Source of the DNA: Candidatus Latescibacterota bacterium
Lineage (GTDB): Bacteria > Latescibacterota > UBA2968
NCBI GenBank assembly: GCA_965207885.1
Contig: OZ242311.1
Location: forward strand, 3,552,001 to 3,616,000
DNA length: 64,000 nucleotides
Direction: 5' to 3'
Both the position numbers and the translations under genes were made by a program. Below are positions 58,212 to 64,000 of this stretch, one piece after another (position 1 is the first letter of the stretch; each line of letters opens with the position of its first letter). Under the pieces are notes generated by a model. The model saw only the letters and a program-made list of their open reading frames with translations. It had not been told where the DNA came from and did not search any database.

Positions 58212-58253
58212 AAACATGGATAGGCGGAATAATTCTGTCTATCCGTGTTTTTT
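58212..58253 (+). terminator. Intrinsic terminator after UPF0182
   Basis: AAACATGGATAGGCGGAA / TTCTGTCTATCCGTGTTT stem (with G-U pairs) plus a T tail. Confidence 0.65.
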
Positions 58254-58276
58254 AGGACTCTACTGAAAGGAAAAAA

Positions 58277-59254
58277 ATGGCTGTAAAAGTCGGATTTATC
58301 GGAACTGGCGGCATTTCACGCCCCCACCGGAAACATCTCAAAAATATGGATGACGTAGAAGTGGTCGCAATGTGCGATCTGGAAGAAGACCGCGTCGCAG
58401 AAGCCGCCGAAGAATGGAATGCAACTGTCTATACAGATTACAAAACAATGCTTGAAAACGAAGAAATGGACGCGCTATACGTGTGCATCCCGCCCTTTGC
58501 ACACCAAGAGCAGGAAATCATGGCCGCTGAAAAAGGCATAGCTCTCTTCGTGGAAAAACCCGTGTCTGTCACAATGGAAAAAGCCCGCGAAGTCGATGCG
58601 GCCATTCGCAAAAACAACGTCGTATCATGCGTTGGATTTCAAGGACGCTATTTAGACATTATCGCACAGACAAAAGACCTGCTCAAAGATCGCCCCGTTG
58701 GCCTGGCAATGGGATACTGGATGGGAGGAATGCCGCAAGTGCCCTGGTGGCGGCGCAAAGAAATGTCGGGCGGACAGGCCGTTGAGCAAACCATTCACGT
58801 CACCGATATGGCGCGGTATCTCTTTGGCGACGTAAAATCCGTCTATGCGGCCGGGCGCACGGGTTTAATGACCGACGTGCCCGACTACAACATCGAAGAC
58901 AGCAGCGCAGCCACGCTCGTTTTTGAAAACGGTCTGGCCGCCACCATCTTCTCCGCGTGTTTTCTATCGGGAGGGCGAGGCAGAGGCGGCATTGACATCT
59001 TCACCAAAGACATGAACATCGAATATCGCGAGCGCAGATCCATCACCATCATTCAAAATGGCAATTCGGAACTGGTCGAAGTGCAAAACGATTTCTGGCA
59101 AGACATGGACAATGACTTTATAGATGCCGTGCGAAAAGGCGACGACTCCGCACTCAAAACCACGTATGCCGATGCCGTTAAAACACAGGAAGTCGTCATG
59201 GCCGTAAACCGATCAATAGAAACGGGCGAAGTAGTTCAGATATCGGATATGTGA
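58277..59254 (+). CDS. Gfo/Idh/MocA-family oxidoreductase
   Basis: GFIGTGGI, FVEKP, SGGQAVEQTIH. Confidence 0.9.
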   Translation: MAVKVGFIGTGGISRPHRKHLKNMDDVEVVAMCDLEEDRVAEAAEEWNATVYTDYKTMLENEEMDALYVCIPPFAHQEQEIMAAEKGIALFVEKPVSVTMEKAREVDAAIRKNNVVSCVGFQGRYLDIIAQTKDLLKDRPVGLAMGYWMGGMPQVPWWRRKEMSGGQAVEQTIHVTDMARYLFGDVKSVYAAGRTGLMTDVPDYNIEDSSAATLVFENGLAATIFSACFLSGGRGRGGIDIFTKDMNIEYRERRSITIIQNGNSELVEVQNDFWQDMDNDFIDAVRKGDDSALKTTYADAVKTQEVVMAVNRSIETGEVVQISDM

Positions 59255-59258
59255 GGAA

Positions 59259-60398
59259 TCACAGCAAAAACCGCTCGAGGCGATATCGCCTCAAAAAATC
59301 TATTCGAGCACCATCCAAAATCTCAATCGCCGCGCATTCGCCAATTAAAGGTGCGAGCGTAACCCCGCTGTGTGTCACAGACAAATAGAGATTTGGAACC
59401 CGTTGAGCAAATCCGAGAATCGGGTGTCCGTCCTTTGGAATTGGCCGTCGCCCGCGCCGGACCTCGCGCACGGGCACGCCTTCAATTGCAGGCAAAAAAC
59501 GCGCCACGGCATCGACCACCTGCTGCACTTCTCGATCATCCTGCCCAAGCGAACCGCCATCGTACACCCGACCATGCGCCCCGCCGTGAAGCATCACCGA
59601 ACCGTTGGGCAACTGCCTGAAATTGGTCTGCGGAGGACAATCTCGGGGCGAATGCACCACCGATGCGTTTTCAAAAACAGGTGGCACAGGCTCTGTCAAA
59701 ATCGTACATCCAAACGTGTAATACACAGGCACATCAATATCTGCCATTGCGGCGAGACCCGTCGTATCTGCCCCCCCTGCAAGCACAACTGCATCACACG
59801 CAATCTCTCCCCTGTCCGTCACCACAGCCTCTATATCCGCCCCCGAACGCGCCAGCCCTGTGACGTGTGTCTGAAAAAGAATATCCGCACCCCATTCCTC
59901 CAACCGTTCGACACATGCCCCAACAACAGCCCCTGTATCTGCGTGTCCTTCTATATCCGTATAAGAAGCTGCCGTCACAACGCCCGGCGTCAAACGCGGC
60001 TCTAATGATTCAACCTCCCCCCCATTCAACAGACAGATGGGATATCCCCAAGACTGCAAAACGCCCGCGCGCTTCACAATTTCCCGCGCCCCATCATCCG
60101 TAGATGCCCACCGCAATTCACCGCCCCATGTCGCGCTTTGCGGTATGCCCAGTCGCTCGACAAATCGCGCCCACATATCCAACGAGCGCCGGTTGAAAAG
60201 GTGATAATGTCTGGGATTTTTATCACGCGCATTCATCCATGCAAAGGATACCGCGGTTGCTGGTTGAACTTTTGATTTCTTCCCAGGTTCGCCCGCGTCG
60301 ATCAGCGTGACCTTTGCACCGCGTCTCGCCAGATGAAATGCGATTGATGCCCCTACGATACCCGCGCCAATCACAGCGATATTTGAAAAATTGTTCAT
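59259..60398 (-). CDS. FAD-dependent oxidoreductase (DAO/DadA family)
   Basis: VIGAGIVG, RPIPKDGHPILG, HSGVTLAP. Confidence 0.88.
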   Translation of the reverse strand: MNNFSNIAVIGAGIVGASIAFHLARRGAKVTLIDAGEPGKKSKVQPATAVSFAWMNARDKNPRHYHLFNRRSLDMWARFVERLGIPQSATWGGELRWASTDDGAREIVKRAGVLQSWGYPICLLNGGEVESLEPRLTPGVVTAASYTDIEGHADTGAVVGACVERLEEWGADILFQTHVTGLARSGADIEAVVTDRGEIACDAVVLAGGADTTGLAAMADIDVPVYYTFGCTILTEPVPPVFENASVVHSPRDCPPQTNFRQLPNGSVMLHGGAHGRVYDGGSLGQDDREVQQVVDAVARFLPAIEGVPVREVRRGRRPIPKDGHPILGFAQRVPNLYLSVTHSGVTLAPLIGECAAIEILDGARIDFLRRYRLERFLL

Positions 60399-60419
60399 TT
60401 CCCTTTCACCCTTATAAAG

Positions 60420-60452
60420 AAAACGGGTTCCCCCCAAAGGCGAACCCGTTTT
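60420..60452 (-). terminator. Hairpin between the AGCS and FAD oxidoreductase genes
   Basis: AAAACGGGTTC..GAACCCGTTTT. Confidence 0.55.
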
Positions 60453-60471
60453 ATCTTGCCGCACAGCTCAA

Positions 60472-62010
60472 TTATTTATACACCGTCAACTCACCCGCCT
60501 TGTAACGCGCCCAGTATTCTTTGAGCACCGCCTTGATCTGTGGACTCAAGATAATGCCGCCGATAATATTCGGAAACGCCATACCCAAAATCATCGCATC
60601 GGAAAAATCGAGCACACTCTGTAATGCCGTAACAGCCCCGATAAATACAAAACACACAAAAATAATGCGATAAGCCAGAATAGATTTTATACCAAAGAGA
60701 TATTCCCACGCTCGCTCGCCGTAATAAGACCAGGAGATCATAGTCGAATACGCAAAAAGCATCACGGCAACCGCGAGCACATAACGCGCCCCGGGAATAA
60801 ACGAATCAAATGCCGCAGCCGTCATTTTGGCCCCTACAATAAATCCACCCTGTCCCTGAAATTCAGCAAACTGATAAGCACCTGTAATCATACAAACCAA
60901 TGCCGTCATCAAACAGATAATGATGGTATCGATAAAAGGTCCTATCATCGCCACCATACCTTCACGTGCGGGCTCATCGGTCTGCGCTGCAGCGTGCGCA
61001 AATGCCGCAGAACCCAGACCAGCCTCATTGGAAAAAGCCGCCCTGCGTACCCCCTGGACCAGAACCCCCAGGAAGCCACCATACATAGCTTCAGGTGTAA
61101 ACGCCTGTGAAATGATAGTCGCAATGAGCCCGGGGACTTCTGTAATATTCGTCAGAATAATCAAAATTGCGGTCAGAACATATAGCCCACACATAAAGGG
61201 CACAACGCGCGATGTCACATTGCCAATGCGCTTGATACCACCAATAATGACAACGGCGACCATCGACGCCATAAAAAGCCCGATAACCCAGTTATATGTC
61301 TTAAATCCTTCGGCCACAGTGCCGAGGATTTCAACTGTCTGATTTGCCTGAAACATATTGCCGCCCCCCAGAGAGCCGCCAATCGTCAACAGGGCAAAAA
61401 TGATGGCAAATGGACGCCCCAGTGCCCTGAGACCCTTTCCTCCAAGACCGTGCTCCAGATAGTACATCGGGCCACCCGACACGCGGCCATCGGGATGGAT
61501 TTTCCTGTGCATAACCGCCAGCGTACAGGACGCCAGCTTTGACGCCATGCCAAAAAATGCCGAGACAATCATCCAGAAAACAGCACCGGGTCCTCCTGCA
61601 CTCACCGCAATGGCCACGCCCGCAATATTCCCCAATCCCACTGTGGCAGACAGCGCACTGGTCAATGCCTTAAAATGAGAAATCTCACCCGGATGATCGG
61701 GGTGATCATATCGTCCGCGAATCACATTGAGCGAATGCCGGAATCCCCTCAACGTAATCCAGCCAAAATAAAAAGAGTAATAGATACCCCCCCCGGTCAA
61801 CACAATAATGATCAATGGCAAGTTCAGGCCAAAATCAAAGAAAAAAATCGTAAACAGGAGATTGGCAGCACCGCCCACGTAATCATTCAATATTCCGATA
61901 AACATCTGGATCACTCCAGACGACTCTCCGTATGATGCATCCTGTGCAAACGCGGCACTGGACACAAACGGCCCCACCAGCAAGGCAAATAGACAAAATC
62001 TAAAAGACAT
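60472..62010 (-). CDS. Alanine/glycine:cation symporter (AGCS family)
   Basis: ALSATVGLGNIAGVA, GGPGAVFWM, GGPMYY, FSNEAGLGS; GGAGG RBS before MSFRF. Confidence 0.93.
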   Translation of the reverse strand: MSFRFCLFALLVGPFVSSAAFAQDASYGESSGVIQMFIGILNDYVGGAANLLFTIFFFDFGLNLPLIIIVLTGGGIYYSFYFGWITLRGFRHSLNVIRGRYDHPDHPGEISHFKALTSALSATVGLGNIAGVAIAVSAGGPGAVFWMIVSAFFGMASKLASCTLAVMHRKIHPDGRVSGGPMYYLEHGLGGKGLRALGRPFAIIFALLTIGGSLGGGNMFQANQTVEILGTVAEGFKTYNWVIGLFMASMVAVVIIGGIKRIGNVTSRVVPFMCGLYVLTAILIILTNITEVPGLIATIISQAFTPEAMYGGFLGVLVQGVRRAAFSNEAGLGSAAFAHAAAQTDEPAREGMVAMIGPFIDTIIICLMTALVCMITGAYQFAEFQGQGGFIVGAKMTAAAFDSFIPGARYVLAVAVMLFAYSTMISWSYYGERAWEYLFGIKSILAYRIIFVCFVFIGAVTALQSVLDFSDAMILGMAFPNIIGGIILSPQIKAVLKEYWARYKAGELTVYK

Positions 62011-62200
62011 AGACCCTCCTTCTGTTTCTAATTTATACTCTTCAACGGAACACGGCATGCGACTAACGGAAAACATAATACAAACAAATTGGGGGGATGT
62101 ATAGCACTTTTACACCCTCCGTGACTTTATCCTTGCACTTTCCCTTTGCGTTGAGCAGATTAAATATCCGGATAAAACAACCATACAGTATGGAATACAC

Positions 62201-63973
62201 ATGTCAAATTCACTACTTCATCGCTATCTGCCTTTTCTCAACTGGATTGGAGAACTCAAAGATCGGCACATCCTGCGCGCCGATCTTATTGCGGGCATCA
62301 CCCTGTCGCTGGTATTGATCCCCCAGGCCATGGCCAATGCCCAACTGGCCGAGATGCCGCCCTACTACGGCTTCTATGCATCATTTGTCCCCATCATCGT
62401 CAGCGCCCTCTTCGGGTCTTCTCGCCAACTCTCCACAGGCCCGGTCGCGCTCGTCGCCTTGATGGTCGCCTCTGAATTGGGACAACTGGCGGTTGACGAA
62501 CAGGCGTATATCGCATCAGCTATTCTGCTGGCTCTCATGGTCGGCCTCTTGCAATTTGGGCTGGGCGTATTGCGCCTGGGCGTATTGGTGAATTTTCTCT
62601 CACATCCGGTGGTACTCGGCTTTACCAATGCCGCAGCCATCATCATCGGCACATCGCAAATCGACAAATTATTCGGCGTCACCGTAGAACGCGGCGGCGC
62701 ACATTACGAACGCATGATACGCATGTGGGACGTCATATCAGCGGGCTTTCACTCCCCCACCCTGATCATGGGCCTCTCTGCCATCGCATTATTATTTCTC
62801 TTGCGCCGCATCAGCCCGCAAATTCCCGGTGTACTGATTGTCGCCATCACAACAACAGGCGTCTCGTGGCTCATCGGATTTGAGCAAAATTACGGCGGAC
62901 AGGTCGTGGGCAACATCCCCGAAGGCATCCCCGCATTTGCACTGCCAATAATTGACTGGGGCATCGTACCACATATTCTCAGTGCCACCATAACCATCGC
63001 ACTCATTGGATATCTGGAAACCATTTCAATAGCCAAAGCCATTGCTACGCAAACCCGCCAACGCATTGACGCCAACCAGGAATTGCTCGCACAGGGCTTG
63101 AGCAATATTGCCGGTAGTTTTTTTCAAAGTTTCCCCGTCTCCGGCTCTTTTGTCCGTTCAACCGTCACATTGCGCGCTGGCGGACAAACCGGCTTTGCGT
63201 CTGTCATCGCCGGGCTGGTCGTTATACTTCTTCTGCTCTTCTTCACCCAACTCTTATACCACATGCCCCTATCCACCCTGGCGGCAATTGTCATCGTCTC
63301 TGTCACCGCACTGATTAACGTCAAACCCATTGTAAGCGCGTGGAAAGTACACAAACACGACGGCATTGTCGCCATATCGTCATTTGCGCTCACCCTCATC
63401 TTCGCGCCACACCTCGACCAGGGCATATTGATCGGTGCGACCTTGTCAATCGCCCTCTATCTCTATCGCACGATGAAACCGCGCGTGGCCTTCCTCGCCC
63501 GCCATCCCGACGGTGCGTTTCGAGACGCAGTAGAACACAATCTGGAATTGTGCGATGCAATAGCCACCATCCGATTTGATGGCTCACTGTATTTTGGTAG
63601 CGCGGGTGCTTTTGAAGACACTGTATTGGAACGGATTCGCGATCCCAAATTGCGCTATGTAATTGTCGATGCCGAAGGCGTAAATGAGATTGATGCGACT
63701 GGGAAAGAAATGCTGGTCGGCGTGGTACAGCGGCTCCATGAGGCCGGCATTGAAGTACTCTTCACGCGTACAAAAAAGCAGATCATGGACGCGCTCAATC
63801 GCGCAGGCGTACTCGAAGAAATTGGTTCTGACCGATTTTACACCACCCTCGACCGCGTATTAGCTCATGTTTGGGAGGCATTGGAAGATCAGTATCCCTG
63901 CGACAGATCGTGCCCTGCCGAATGTCCACTCCATCGCCCCAGGCCAGATGGAGACGTATTTTATCGCGTGTAG
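62201..63973 (+). CDS. SulP-family anion permease with STAS domain
   Basis: DLIAGIT..IPQAMA, GSSRQLSTGP, DANQEL, RFDGSLYF, IDATG. Confidence 0.93.
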   Translation: MSNSLLHRYLPFLNWIGELKDRHILRADLIAGITLSLVLIPQAMANAQLAEMPPYYGFYASFVPIIVSALFGSSRQLSTGPVALVALMVASELGQLAVDEQAYIASAILLALMVGLLQFGLGVLRLGVLVNFLSHPVVLGFTNAAAIIIGTSQIDKLFGVTVERGGAHYERMIRMWDVISAGFHSPTLIMGLSAIALLFLLRRISPQIPGVLIVAITTTGVSWLIGFEQNYGGQVVGNIPEGIPAFALPIIDWGIVPHILSATITIALIGYLETISIAKAIATQTRQRIDANQELLAQGLSNIAGSFFQSFPVSGSFVRSTVTLRAGGQTGFASVIAGLVVILLLLFFTQLLYHMPLSTLAAIVIVSVTALINVKPIVSAWKVHKHDGIVAISSFALTLIFAPHLDQGILIGATLSIALYLYRTMKPRVAFLARHPDGAFRDAVEHNLELCDAIATIRFDGSLYFGSAGAFEDTVLERIRDPKLRYVIVDAEGVNEIDATGKEMLVGVVQRLHEAGIEVLFTRTKKQIMDALNRAGVLEEIGSDRFYTTLDRVLAHVWEALEDQYPCDRSCPAECPLHRPRPDGDVFYRV

Positions 63974-64000
63974 AAAAACCCGGTCCTTTTGAGTGTACAA

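Overview
Chromosomal window of a Gram-negative bacterium, probably a non-Bacteroidota member of the FCB group such as Latescibacterota or Gemmatimonadota. This is inferred from SprA, a bS22-type small protein and a dockerin/EF-hand-like motif. Layout: (1) 1-981, the 5' part of a Tat-exported sulfite-oxidase-family molybdoenzyme. (2) ~1084-7864, a decaying defence/TA islet: Mrr endonuclease, a Sir2-APAZ + short Argonaute (SPARSA-type) pair whose pAgo is split by a 937-bp IS5-family element (17-bp IRs, TA duplication), an orphan HigA, a PIN/UPF0175 TA pair and a collapsed XRE-HTH gene. (3) 7.9-14.9 kb, catabolic enzymes. (4) 14.9-23.9 kb, an uncharacterised three-gene membrane operon (DUF6785-like, degenerate-M28/FtsX fusion, OPT-like transporter carrying an apparently circularly permuted FN3-like insert), with a candidate partner ATPase at 29 kb. 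This is the best candidate for an undescribed system. (5) tRNA-Phe, a sigma54-driven orphan MFP/FGE pair and a secreted beta-helix protein. (6) More catabolic genes. (7) HU, an unannotated 30-aa bS22-like gene, a candidate short 6S-like RNA and tRNA-Arg. (8) A tightly coupled sprA-comEA-pilM-like-NYN-obgE operon. (9) lptFG, a sulfatase, UPF0182, oxidoreductases, and AGCS and SulP transporters. All family calls come from motif recognition by eye; no database searches were run.
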